From Octopus vulgaris (taxonomy: Eukaryota): DNA of 64,000 nucleotides. Positions 39,895 through 53,936 of this stretch are shown here, in pieces. The notes beneath the pieces are model-generated. The model was not told where the DNA came from. It saw nothing but the letters and a program-made list of their open reading frames with translations, and ran no database searches. The position numbers and the translations under genes are program-made. The DNA is taken from contig OX597823.1 of the NCBI GenBank assembly GCA_951406725.2, forward strand, positions 106,516,001 through 106,580,000, given 5' to 3'. Numbering within the stretch: position 1 is the stretch's first letter; every line of letters starts with the position of its first letter.

Positions 39895-40878
39895 GAGAAA
39901 CGAAAACATAAACACAAAACCAAGGAAATGGACATTTTTCTTAAACAACGAAAAAATAGAGTAAAGGACATACAACACAAGGAAAATTCCTCTGCTTCAG
40001 TCGCCTTTGTTTCATCTACTCCGCGTTTCGAAGGTCAAGGCGAGACACGAATTCGTTGAAACAGTCCTTCCCGCAAAAAGCAAATTAAATAAAATTTGAG
40101 ATTCTTTGCGGAGGGGTAAAAATAGTAACAAAAACAGGACAATAAAGACAGTACAAAATATAAACAGTAAAAGACAGTACAAGGAGAATAACAGTAACAC
40201 AAACATTGAGAGCTGTTAAGCCAGAACGAAAGAAAAAATATTATGAACGCTTTTGAGGACGGCAAGAGAGAGACAGGAAAGCCATCCACACTTGAAGGAA
40301 GCCAGGTCAGAAAGACAGTAGCAGAGCTCTCGTCGCGGGTCAACGACGAGAGGGAGGAGGAGGATCAGAGAAAAGGAGAGAAAAAAGGGATTGGTTGTTG
40401 AGAAAACCAGAAAGAATGAAGAATGAGAGAGAGAGAGAGGGAGAGACAGTAAAGTAGAAGAAAAGGAAACCAGAAAGAATGAAAGCTGAGAAAGGGAGGA
40501 GGACTGAAAGGTTAAGAGTGCGCATCATTATTAATATTAAGAACAAACTTACTTAGAAATGGATGCGTGCGTTCCGTCATATAATAACAAATTAATAAAT
40601 AAAACATGTGCATATATACATACATATATGTACGTACCTACATCTATATGTATATATATACATGCATATATGGGTACAGGACACCTAAAAAAAGCGTCGA
40701 ACACAATGAGAAACGAAAATATAAACACAAAATCAAGGAAATGGACATTTTTCTTAAACAACGAAAAAATAGAGTACAACACAAGGAAAATTCCCCTTCT
40801 TCAGTCGCAAACATGTAGATGTAGGTACGTACATATATGTATGTATATATACATATGTTTTATTTATTAATTTGTTAT
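39895..40878 (-). mobile_element. Family D retrozyme/Penelope-like element, second subfamily, with direct and inverted terminal repeats
   Basis: Direct repeat 39895/40708 (period 813); inverted repeat 40584-40651 vs 40811-40878; homologous to 29326-30398. Confidence 0.75.
39989..40049 (-). ncRNA. Candidate non-circularly permuted hammerhead ribozyme
   Basis: Reverse complement: cgt-GTC-tcgcctt-ga-ccttc-GAAAC-gcg-(14 nt)-aaggcga-CTGAAGC-agagg. The sister repeat at 40793-40808 reads gcga-CTGAAGA-agggg. Confidence 0.7.
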
Positions 40879-41033
40879 ATATATATATATATATACTATA
40901 TAATTAGGGTTCAGCAACGATTTACAACACCACATACCGAAGTTTAGAAATAGCAATCAAAAAATCTTAGCTATTCCTTGTACTTTAAAGGGAATTCCCA
41001 GAAAAACCAAAGCACTTGATGTATATATATATG

Positions 41034-41466
41034 CTCTTTTACTCTTTTACACTTTTACTTGTTTCAGTCATGTGACTGTGGCCATGCTGGAGCACCGCCT
41101 TTAGTCGAGCAAATCGACCCCAGCACTTATTCTTTGTAAGACTTATTCTTTGTAAGCCTAGTACTTATTCTATCGGTCTCTTTTGCCAAACCGCTAAGTT
41201 ACGGTGTCGTAAACACACCAGCATCGTTTGTCAAACGATGTTGGGGGGACAAACACAGACACACAAGCACATAAACACACGTACACATATATATACATAT
41301 CTACGACGGGCGTCTTTCTGTTTCCGTCTACCAAATCCACTTACAAGGCCCTGGTCAGCCCGAGCCTATAGTAGAAGACATTTGCCCAAGGTGCTACGCA
41401 GTGGGACTGGACCCGGAACCATGTGGTTCGTAAGCAAGCTACTTACCACCCAGCTACTCCTACGCT
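41034..41466 (-). mobile_element. SINE family A
   Basis: Full-length match; internal duplication of ACTTATTCTTTGTAAG. Confidence 0.9.
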
Positions 41467-41771
41467 CATACATATGTATATATATAGGCATAGTGAGTAT
41501 ATAAAAGAATACTGACTCCACATATTCTGTGGTGATTACTTCAAGTTTTCTGCCATATGGACATTCGTCAGACCACTCATTTAATGGGATTTAAATTCAC
41601 AAAGTGAAAAGAAAACCGCCATCGAAAATCTATATTTGTTTTACTTTATACACAACTTAATATACACATACACAAGAATATAACTGTGTGTTTTTATGCA
41701 TAGATATATGTATGTGTGTAAATATATGTGTGTTTACATATATACAGTGTATACACTTAGGATATAAACAT

Positions 41772-41842
<71 letters not shown>

Positions 41843-42002
41843 ATATGTATGCATGTATGTGTATCTATATATGTGGCAGAAGATTTATTTAGGCCCATAG
41901 AGAATGGAAGAAAATACGTCGTGTTAGTATAATAAAATTAAACTTATTTACATATAAGGAGTATTTATATATGTAGGAAGAGACACGCAAACACGCGTCA
42001 GA

Positions 42003-42043
<41 letters not shown>

Positions 42044-42064
42044 CATACATATATATATACATAC

Positions 42065-42113
<49 letters not shown>

Positions 42114-42313
42114 CATACATATATATATACATACATATCTATATATATATATACATGTATGTATGTATGTATGTAAGTATGTATGTATGTATGTACTCAC
42201 ACACATCTACAGCCCCAACACAGCGTTTTGATCAATATACATATATTTCCTTCACTAAATTTTTATCTTTTTATGTAAACATACGAAATTACTTGTAAAT
42301 ACATGAATGCCTT

Positions 42314-42420
<107 letters not shown>

Positions 42421-42454
42421 CACACACATATATATACATATATATATATGTTTA

Positions 42455-42500
<46 letters not shown>

Positions 42501-43638
42501 TACATACAAATGCGTATATATGGATATATATATAAACATATGTTTATAATTATATATGCATATATACACGTATATAAATCCACATACATATACAAATATA
42601 TGTATTGGTATTGATATTTTCGTTTATATATATACGCCCATACATACATACATACACACACACACATATATATACGTACATACACACACATATATAAATA
42701 AATATATATATATATATATAATATATAATATATAATATATAATATATACACACGCACCCATAAGTACACATATTTGTATCTGTATATACGCGTGTTTGTA
42801 CGTAAGTGTGCGTGTATATATCTTTATGGGTGTGCTTGAGTGTATGTGTATGCGTAACTATCTGAGTATGTGTAATGCTGACAAATTTAATTGAGCAAAA
42901 GTCTGATAACGTATCTCTATACTTAATTGGAATTTAATTCGGTTTGAACAGAGCCGAAACATCAGAACATCACTCAAAACGCCAAGTGGATGTTTTAGCT
43001 TGTAGTTTTCAACGTAAAATTAAAATTTTATTTGATTATTTACGTATTGTTATTATTAGAATTATTATTTTATTTCGTTTGTTATTATTATTTTTTTTAG
43101 CCAATCAAAAAACTAAGTAGACTTTTGTCCGACCTACTCACATCACGCTTGCAATCATTTTATATTTTTTTCCTTTTTAGGCTGATGGGTTTTTTTTCTG
43201 TGCTTATGTGTATGTATGTGTGTGTGTTACACTTTAAACAATTTTGTTTTGTTTTTATTTAATTACATATATATTTAAATATTTATTTATTGTTTTATTT
43301 TCTATAATTAAATGATCAGCAGCTTATTAAACTATAGTTATTCTACTGTGAAATTTTAACCCCTTTAAATGCAAGAAAAAAAAATGGAAGAGATGTCTTT
43401 TGATGAATGGCAAAGTGTGTCTGTCATCTTTGTCTGATGTTAATAGTTTCACTGCTTGATGTCCTTTTTCTTCCATAGGGTCCAAGAATGAAAAGAAATT
43501 TACGACTTCTTCTGGTCAACCAGCGGTAACTAGGTTACGTCCTAAAATGCAGCATAGTTCTCTAATAGCTTCGCTCTTTCTCTCTCCCTCTCTTTCTCTC
43601 TGTCTCTTTCTCTCTGTCTCTCTGTCTCTCTCTTTCTC

Positions 43639-43694
<56 letters not shown>

Positions 43695-43929
43695 AGTTAT
43701 AATTAAAATAAAATTTTAGATTTGAAATTGTAAAATTTAGCATCCAAGCGTTATTCTGTGTATTCCCCAGCACTGGTACCGCTAGAGCACGTTCACCACT
43801 TACGGCTACCAGGCGTCATCCATGGTAAATGGATTTGGTTCTTGGATCTACTCTATGTATTCTTCGGTGCACGTTGAGGATATTCTAAATGATTGATATG
43901 GAAGACAGGGTGTACTGGAAACTTCATTT

Positions 43930-43965
43930 ATCACTACGATCGTTTCGGCACACTTCTTCACTGAT
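43930..43965 (-). ncRNA. Degenerate minimal hammerhead motif (PLE terminal-repeat remnant)
   Basis: Reverse complement: atca-gTGAAGA-agtgtgcc-GAAAC-gatc-GTA-gtgat; C3 and stem II are damaged. Confidence 0.4.
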
Positions 43966-44124
43966 CCCACATTCATTCTACTACTAACACCAATATCAAC
44001 ATCAACATCATCCAGCTACAGCTATGAGCGAAATATAAATTTTATAACTTAGAAGCCTATTATGTCACCTGATGAGGTTTCTTCTGCACTGTGGAGTGCA
44101 AGCCACTAGGGAGCAGTACAGAAA

Positions 44125-44165
44125 TACGTGGACTGATCAATAAGTATCCGGACTGTTGCCATAGT
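44125..44165 (+). mobile_element. Possible mariner-type TIR remnant
   Basis: TA-CGTGGACTGATCAATAAGTATCCGGACT resembles mariner TIR architecture from memory; no partner TIR found. Confidence 0.3.
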
Positions 44166-44704
44166 CGGTCATGAAAAGTAAATAAAGTGATATGACCATA
44201 GTGTTGCCTTCCATACTTTTCTCAGCGAGGCTAACACTGCATGTTGTTGAAATTGGTGTACCGTACATTAAAATTATCAAAGTAAAAAAAAACAACTTTT
44301 ATTAGTGCGAACTAGTGCTTAGTGCACGTGTTTGTGTGTGTGGTATATAGATACATGTGTGTGTATGTGTGTGTGTGTGTGTATGTGTCTGTGTGTGTAT
44401 GTGTGTGTGTGTGTGTGTGTGTATTTGATAGAAGTCATTGCCACTCAGTCCCAGTAACTTGAGTTCTTATTCTAATCCCAAAACTAACGAGAAAAGTTGT
44501 GTTTTTGATGCTGTTCAGCTCTGACCGAATAAACCTATTCTCAAATCCATTCAAGCCGTGACCATCCCGTTTCTTTGTATTTCAAGGGATACATATATTG
44601 TCCAAACTTTTTTTCCTTTTCCTAAAAGATGGTAGGAAATTATTTGAGGGTTAATATTGCTATTGTTCCTTGCAAATAATGCGACCTGCAAAAGATATTA
44701 GCAC

Positions 44705-44760
<56 letters not shown>

Positions 44761-44831
44761 TTTGATACTTTGATACTTTGATAGGTTTCGGCCATGTCTA
44801 ACTTAATAGCACCACCATATATATATATATG

Positions 44832-45020
44832 TTTCTTTACTACCCACAAGGGGATAAACATAGAGGGGACAAACAAGGACAGACAAACGAATTAAGTCGA
44901 TTACATCGACCCCAGTGCGTAACTGGTACTAAATTTATCGACCCCGAAAGGATGAAAGGCAAAGTCGACCTCGGCGGAATTTGAACTCAGAACGTAACGG
45001 CAGACGAAATACGGCTACGG
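44832..45020 (-). mobile_element. SINE family C, 5'-truncated
   Basis: Body and GTAAAGAAA tail match. Confidence 0.9.
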
Positions 45021-45315
45021 ATTATTGATTACATAAGTCGTATATATGCATATATCTTATGTATGCATTCAAAGATACACATGCATATATACATCAATAT
45101 GTGTGTGCATGAATGTATATATCCAGAATTTATTATTATTGTCTATTATATATTTTGCAGGGAGAACTTAATTGAATGATATTAAGTTGAATCGACCTCC
45201 GGAGGATTTGCACTCAGAGAGTAAAAGCGAATAACTAAATATTGCAGAATGCAATTCTGAATTATATCTCCCGATTCTGTGATATGTCTTATATGAGAAT
45301 TGACTACGAAAATAT

Positions 45316-45362
<47 letters not shown>

Positions 45363-45584
45363 TTTTCTAATAGGCACAAGACTCAAAATTGTAGGACAGA
45401 CAAACGAATTAAGTCGATTACATCGACCCCAGTGCGTAACTGATACTAAATTTATCGAACCCCTGAAAGGATGAAAGTGGTGCAAAGTCGACCTCGGCGG
45501 AATTTGAACTCAGAACGTAACGGCAGACGAAATACGCTAGGCATTTTATCCGACTGGCTAACGATTCTGCAAGCTCGCCGCCTT
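45363..45584 (-). mobile_element. SINE family C with hybrid tail
   Basis: Head and body match; the tail switches from the TTTGTCTGTCCT type to the TTGTGCCTATTAGAAA type. Confidence 0.85.
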
Positions 45585-45598
45585 AGAGTGCATGATAA

Positions 45599-46263
<665 letters not shown>

Positions 46264-46668
46264 TAATAATAATAATAATGATAATAATAATAATAGTAAT
46301 GAGGCTTTATTAAAACTTTATATATTTGGAAATCTTTCTTAACATTGTAACCAGGACGTACTGAGTTCTATTGTTATAAATCTGTTTATTGTTCTTTTCT
46401 GATCTGGAATTGGTGATTTTACATGTATACGAGTGCAATACGGTGTATAAATGTGTGTGTGCTTGTATTTTAAGTATGAATATAGGTGTGTGTGTGTGTG
46501 AATGTTGGTATACAGATGTGTATATATATATGTGTGTGTGTGTATGTATGTATATACGTGCACATACTTACGTCACAAATACGCTTACTTATACATTGAT
46601 CCTTTGATACGTGCAGTTATACACGCACATATACAGACCTATATATATGTGTAAATGTATGTATTTTG

Positions 46669-46729
<61 letters not shown>

Positions 46730-47016
46730 GTTCGTACGTATTTACATATATGCACACATACATGCATATGCACACACATTTGTATACATGCACATCCATA
46801 TCCACTCATCCAAACAAATATGTATGCATGTGTGAGTACATGGGTATGTGTGTATGCATGCGTATATGTATACGTTCGTTTATGTGTGTGTATGCGCGCG
46901 TGTATATATATGTATAGATAGGAAACATAGACAGATTGAGAAGTAAAAAAAAACAGCTAATGAAACAATGCGGAAATGACATAAAAGAGAGAGAGCGAGA
47001 GAGAGAGAGATGGGGA

Positions 47017-47058
<42 letters not shown>

Positions 47059-47439
47059 AGAGATGGGGATGGAGGGGCAGAAGTTGTGGATAAGATTCAA
47101 TAATGCGAGACAACATTATGGAGAAAGGGTAGTCAAAAAAAACAATAATAATATTTCTTTCTTTGAAAAAAAAAAGAGAAAAAGGAAAAAATGAGTAAGA
47201 ATTGAATGAGAACAAAGGAAAATAGATGGATAATGTCCAGTGACGCTGAGTATTATGGCCGAAGTATTGTTCTGACCATCAGTTGACCACTCACCACACA
47301 CCATAATCTCCCCCCTCACCACCACTAATATTACTGACGCTATTAAAATACATAATCCCGTTGTTCATAGAACAGCCTTTGTTTAAAATCCTCTCGCATG
47401 TAAGTAGTGACTTTCATCTTTGGAGCGACAGACACCAGT

Positions 47440-47644
47440 ACCACCGTCTCCACCACCACCACCACCACCGCAACAACAACAACAACAACAACAACAGCAA
47501 GGACAACGACGACGGTGACGACCACTGCCGCCTATACAGACCACTCTCCGTCTCTTACCCACTCCATCACAAAACTGCCACCACCACCACCACCACCACC
47601 ACCACCACCGCAACTACCAGCACCACTGCAATTACTACTACTAT

Positions 47645-47680
<36 letters not shown>

Positions 47681-47775
47681 AACTACTACTACTACTACTA
47701 CTACTGCTGCTACTGCTGCCACTACTACTACTACTACAACTACTACTATTACTACTACTGCTGCTGCTGCTGCTG

Positions 47776-47822
<47 letters not shown>

Positions 47823-48600
47823 ACTGCTACTGCCACCACCACCCTCAGCGCAACGTTATCACTTACATCATCGTAGTAAAACGAACACTTTATCTGCTCT
47901 CTTCACATTCCCATTATGCCCACCACCACTAACACCATAACAATCATCACAACCATCATTATACTACTATAACCCTTACCACCATTATAATAACAACAAC
48001 TAGAGCCTTCACTATCACGCATACCGTAACGAATACTATTTTTTAGTTACTAGTTATTTTGTTACAACCACCACTACTACCACCACCGCTACTACCGCCA
48101 CCGCCTCTATCACAATCATCATCGACATCATCATTAACTTAAACACCAACGTAATCTTTACTCTCTTCTCCATCCCTGTAACAGCGGTTTTATCATAACA
48201 ATAACTGTCTCAACTCACACTACAACTATCACTACTACCACCATCACCACTACCACCACCACCACTACCACCACCACCACCACCACCACCATCCTTCGAC
48301 TGACACTATCCTCCACCATCATCATTATCACCTCCGTTGCCACCATTATCAATATTACTTTCATCACCACTAGTATCATTACAACCAACTCCTTTATCAA
48401 CACCATCATTTTACCATCAGCGATCACCATCTGCACCAATACTACTAAAAGTACTGCTGACACCACCACCACCACCCCAACAACAATGCTACCACTAGTA
48501 TGAATGCCACCACCATCAAAATCAGTACCACCGATGCCATCATTACCATCCTTAACTACCAACACCAGCTCCACCACCAACAGCAAAAACAAACTCTTCC
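47440..48600. repeat. (ACC)/(ACT)/(AAC)/(GCT) triplet low-complexity region
   Basis: Seen directly. Confidence 0.9.
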
Positions 48601-48911
48601 ACTACCTCCGCCATATTGAATACTTCCATAAATTCAAACATCAATGACATTCAAAACTTGTTTCTGAATCACCAGAATAGTCTCGTTTTGCAGAAGAAAG
48701 CATTGAATGCAGTGAATATATTACCAGGATATCTGAATATACCCAGAATTGTAATGGATTTGATCTTGTAACATCGTGATTGTGATCTATCAGGTTTAAC
48801 CCTAGGCACATTCTATCGATATCCTCCACACAGCTTGAGACAAGGGTTTAGACCCAAAAAAAAATCCGCTATATTATACGGTCTTTCTTTGGTACGACTT
48901 CTGAGGGTGCA

Positions 48912-49038
<127 letters not shown>

Positions 49039-49369
49039 ATATATGTATATATATATATATATATACATCTATATATATATTATAATAAATTAGAGACAAA
49101 ACCATAAATTTCAAAATAATATAAATTAATTTATGTATTGGATTAAGTCTTTCTTTGTTTGATTTGCATAATAGTGGTTTTGTCTCTAATTTATTATAAT
49201 ATAATATTTTACTATAAATTGGATTCAATCCTAAATCTGATTTTTCCCTGTAAGTTTGGATTTATTCCCTAATATTTATTATTAATATATATATATATAT
49301 AAATGTAGATATATATGTATACATATATATATATATACACACATATACACATACATATATATAATCCTC

Positions 49370-49745
49370 TATTCTTTTTATTCTTTTACTTGTTTCAGTC
49401 GTTTTACAGCGGCCTTGCTGGAGCATCGCTTTAGTCGAGCAAATCGACCCCAGGACTTACTCTTTGTAAGCCTACTACTTATTCTATCGGAATATTTTGC
49501 TGAACCACTAAGTTGCGGGGACGTAAACACACCTGCATCGGTTCTCAAGCGATATTGGAGGGACAGACACACAAACACATACACATAAACATATATGTAT
49601 ATATTACGGAGTTCTTTCAGTTTCTGTCTACCAAATCCTCTCACAACGCATTGGTCGGCCCGGGGTTATAGTAGAAGACACTTGCCCAAGGTGCCACGCA
49701 GTAGAACTGAACCCGGAACCATGTAGTTGGTAAGCAAGCTACTTT
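49370..49745 (-). mobile_element. SINE family A
   Basis: Near full-length match. Confidence 0.9.
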
Positions 49746-49914
49746 ATTTCAAAACCTTTGCCATAAAGGCACGATACAGAGTAGCTTGCGGGCTGGACAA
49801 ATACCTTGATGCGGTGAATGATGAAGAAAGGATGATATTAATGGGAGAAGACAAAAAACGCCCGCCGATTTTTTGCTTCTCTAAAACATTATTCTCTTCT
49901 ATTTTTCACAGGAA

Positions 49915-51500
49915 AAGATAAAACGAGGTAATGAACCTCTTACTTCAGTTTTACAATTATTTAAGAATTGGGGCGTTAAGCCTCTTAAACACAATAACAT
50001 GTAATAAAAATTAAACATTATACAATAAATATTATCATTGAGGCTTTTCAATCTCTTCTCACTATTCCACCCCGATATCGCTTGTACCCGTATACTCTGC
50101 CATCACCCACTCCTCATTCAAGAGCAAGGCGGGATCCGAGCCGGCTTCGCCCGGCCACAAGCGATATTCCTCATTGAGTCCCCGCAGTCTACACCCCACA
50201 GCCACCGTTATGACCTCCACAGCAATCTGCGGAGCCTACTCGGGATCCTGTGTGAATGTTAAATGTACTCCCTTATGGTGCTTTTCCACCACCTCTTCTA
50301 CTTCTCCGCCTCTGTAAAAGAAGACCAATAGTTCGTCTTCCTCCGGGTTCGAGGTAGTTATTTCTACCGTTGGCGGCACAATTCACCCCAACGGTGTTTC
50401 TTCCCCTGCCAGTGGCACAACAACTACCGGCAAGGTTCTGGGACATTCCGGTGCTATGTCACCGACATCGGCAATGTCCTGTTTCTCTTCCCCTTCCTCT
50501 TTTTTCATCTCTCAACTGAGGGAGGGTGCGTCTCATCCGTGACCGAGAGATTCGCCTCCCCTCCCTTCGGTGAGCACCCATTATTGCTCACCTTCTTCCG
50601 CTTGCGGCCCTTCTTTGAGGAGTCCTCCGTCTCCTCGGCCTCCTTCGTTCCTTCTACAGAGGTCTTAATCAACAGCTCCAGAACTTTGCTTTGTTCCTGA
50701 GGACAGTTTTTCGTTACAAGGCCAGGCTCCGGGTACCGATGACACCTGAGAGGTGACCCTCAAGGAACATCGGGTAGCTGCACCCGGCCATTTTCAAAAA
50801 ATCTGGCATAACCAGATTCATGGCTGATTGGGTTCACAGGGTCAAAACAGCTTTTGACCCAACCCAATCAGCCGCAGGAAGAATTTTCACATTGAGGAGC
50901 CTGGCTCCGCTGCCACCCAGACCCTGACCGATAGTATCTTCTATCCACTTGGGATTCAATTCCGGGTAGCAAACCACAGACCCAGGCCCTCGACAATTTT
51001 TTTCCCACAATAAGTGGGAAGAAACAAAATTTCTTTACCCTCAAAGGGCTGGCTCGCAAAACTGCGAGCCTCCTCTGGAGTGTCAAACAGCATCCACACC
51101 GTCGCATATTCGACACCCCTAGAGATATACTTAATGGTTGGCAGATGTTCCACCAACTCCTGCTCAATCAGCTGCTTAGAGAAGACGGCAATGGTGTCGA
51201 GAACCTTCGGATATGTACTCAACACCACCGTCCTCTCCCCTTGCTGTCTGAACCACTCCTTAGGTGGGACAATCCCCCACTCTACAATCTTATCCGCATT
51301 TTTCGCCATGTTTTAAAATAAAAAGTAAAAAGTCCAAAACAATAGTTCACAAATCTCAAAAAGAAAAGAGAGAAATCAAAAGGAAACAAAAGGGAAGAAG
51401 AGAAAAAGCAAACAGTTTAAGAAGTCACAATAGAAAAAGAAAACAACAGGGCCAAGCCCTATGGTACTTCGATTAGAACCTGGACTGCTCCACTTGAAAT
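49915..51500 (-). mobile_element. Tx1/L1-like element retaining only a decayed gag-like ORF1 (boundaries approximate)
   Basis: ORF 50956-51309 followed, after frameshifts, by GSPLRCHRYPEPGLVTKNCP (decayed CX2CX4HX4C knuckle, about 50700-50760) and a K/R/E-rich stretch; T-rich 5' leader. Confidence 0.5.
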
Positions 51501-51597
51501 ACAGCTTTCCAATTATTGGTAAACGTAATTGTAAAAATACACTATCACAAACAGCGAATACCTTTTGGTGGAGTTTATACTATACAGACTATATGTA

Positions 51598-51977
51598 CAC
51601 TTGCGTCAGAAATTAATTAGCACTTCTCAAATTTCTACATTAAATAGGTTAAATCAATTAACCTATGAGCTGTTCAAAACGTCTTACGCGATGAGAAAAC
51701 TTAGTATGGTGTGATTTCGGTCCTTGCGAGGCGCTACCTATATCTATTAAACAAAGGAAGATTTGTCTGCATCCGCACTCCAAGTTGTTGTTGCACTGCA
51801 ATGTCAACATCATAAGGCTGTAGACTCTCAAATTGCTCTGCAAACAAAGTTACGTCATCGTTCTGCGCAACAGTGAACTCGCAACAAAGCAATAGTTCGA
51901 GATATGGCCACTAGGTGATAGCACATACCTTGAGTGAAGAGCAAATCAAGGGTGCTAATTAATTTCTGACGGTAGTG
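51598..51977. mobile_element. Tc1/mariner-type MITE (380 bp), TA target duplication
   Basis: TIRs CACTTGCGTCAGAAATTAATTAGCAC / GTGCTAATTAATTTCTGACGGTAGTG; TA at 51596-97 and 51978-79; second copy at 20601-20855. Confidence 0.9.
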
Positions 51978-52449
51978 TAGATGTGTAGAGGTGCTCTGCT
52001 TGCAAACAATATCTAGTTACAGCTAAGATAACTGAGTATAAGAGATTTGAACCATCGTCTGTCTACTTACTTCACCAGTTGAGTCCATAGTTAATCAAAA
52101 GAAGACAAATACATTGTTGGAAAAATTTGAGTTTTATCTATGCCTCATTACTCGTAGTCCAATATAACCAACAAATTTGATTTTCGTCACGTTTATTTGC
52201 TTGTTTAATTATTTCACAATTCACAATGGTATCTCAGTAACCACTGGGGCTTGGAACGTCGACTTAATATTTTTCATCAATAATTATTTATCAAGATAAC
52301 AAAAATTATTATTTTGCTTTCTGTTGAAATTTATTTCTTTTATCCAGCTGTTAAATGCACGAACAAACTTGATTAAGCATTCTATAACAGGAAACTTTAG
52401 ATATTCTTATAGATTTGATGCTAACAATAAGACACAGACATGCCTATTT

Positions 52450-52790
52450 CTTTGATAAGTTTGGTTCGCAAATATGTGGTTTTGAGTCCACTCTCCCTGC
52501 GAGGCACATTGAGCAAGTGTATCAGCGAAGAGCCCCAGGTTCACCGATGCTTTGTGAATGAGATTTGATAGACAGAGCTTGTGCGGAGGTTTTTAGTGTA
52601 TATGTGTGACTATCTCTGTGAATGTCTTAATATTTAGACCACGAACATCATTGAGACTATGATGTTCGTTTCCGTCTTGAAACTCAGTGGTTCGACAAAT
52701 AGATTTCAATAAAATGCGTACCAAACATAAATGTGACTGTTGCACCAGCAAGCCCACAGTCCAACGACTGAATGCAGCAAGAACATAAAA
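52450..52790 (+). mobile_element. Old, highly diverged SINE family A-like copy
   Basis: GGCACATTGAGCAAGTGT, TTTGTGAATGAGATTTGATAGAC and CCAGCAAGCCCACAGTC..GACTGAA occur in family A order. Confidence 0.6.
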
Positions 52791-53394
52791 TGTTAAATAT
52801 TATATGTAGTGAGAAGGTTTATTGAATGTTTCTTTCTGTGCTCCAGTGTCCGATGTATCAGAAACAAAAAACGCTGCCGGTTTTTGCGAAAAAAAAATTC
52901 CTTTTGCTTTTAATCATTAACTTTTATTTAAAAGTTCCGGCTCATTGTTGGTTATCAAATGAAATTACATGAAACAACGCCATACTTGTTTTGTGATAAG
53001 TTACTCCTTTGTTATAATCGACGTTGGAAATCATTGAAATATTTCAATGATTTGATATGGAATTTTGGATTGTAACAAAAATATTACTTTTAAAATATTT
53101 TCCGAATCTTAGACCTTACAAATAATGTTGGCATTCTTCAATTAGTTTTCATATATCTACACATAAAGATCAATTTAGTGTTCTCTATTATGGAAGATAT
53201 AGTAAATAAAATATGCATACATTGTATTTTTCCTATGTAAAAATAGGTTTGCAATGAGGAAAATATATGTACACATGCACACTCAGACACTCCCACACAC
53301 ACATATCGCTTTAGTATATACTGAAAGGTGTATAGCATCATAGTAAATGTGCACATATACAGACATTGCATATTTCCATACAGTGATAACTAAT

Positions 53395-53592
53395 TTCGAC
53401 ACAAAGCCAGCAGTTTTGTTGGAGACGGAGATTGGTAGTTACCATTCTCCCGAGTACTTGACCGGCATTTTAATTTATCGTCCACGAAAGAATAAAAGGT
53501 ACAGTTGACCTCAGCCGGATTTGAACTTGGCGGTAAAAAAAAATAGCTGGAAGAAATACCGCACTAAAACGGTTCTGCTCATCCATCACCTT
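53395..53592 (-). mobile_element. Old diverged SINE family C-like copy
   Basis: TTTATCGTCCACGAAAGAATAAAAGG..GTTGACCTCAGCCGGATTTGAACT. Confidence 0.55.
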
Positions 53593-53936
53593 CCATGTTC
53601 AATCAAATTGTTTTGGGGGGAAATCATAGGAAGTGGTTTTCTTTTACATTCACCACATTTAAACAGGAGCAAAATCATGACTAATGTTGTTTTTTATGAC
53701 ATATGTATAATGGCTGCGGTATTTTCATTAAGACATTGTGCTGTATATGCTTTTCTTGTGGGATCATCAATGTAAATATAATAGTATATCAACAACTATT
53801 AATGACATCTAATTAGGGAAATTGAGGAATTCGGTTACTTCTCTCTCCAATACAATTATCCATACAACAGAAATGTTTCTACAATTTTTTATCAAACTGA
53901 CACGACTCAGATATATCTTCGTTTACATATACATAT

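Noticed and set aside
44065-44125. CTGATGA...GAAA hammerhead candidate on the + strand
   Set aside because: No convincing stem II closure, stem III or NUH site; the downstream sequence looks like a different element.
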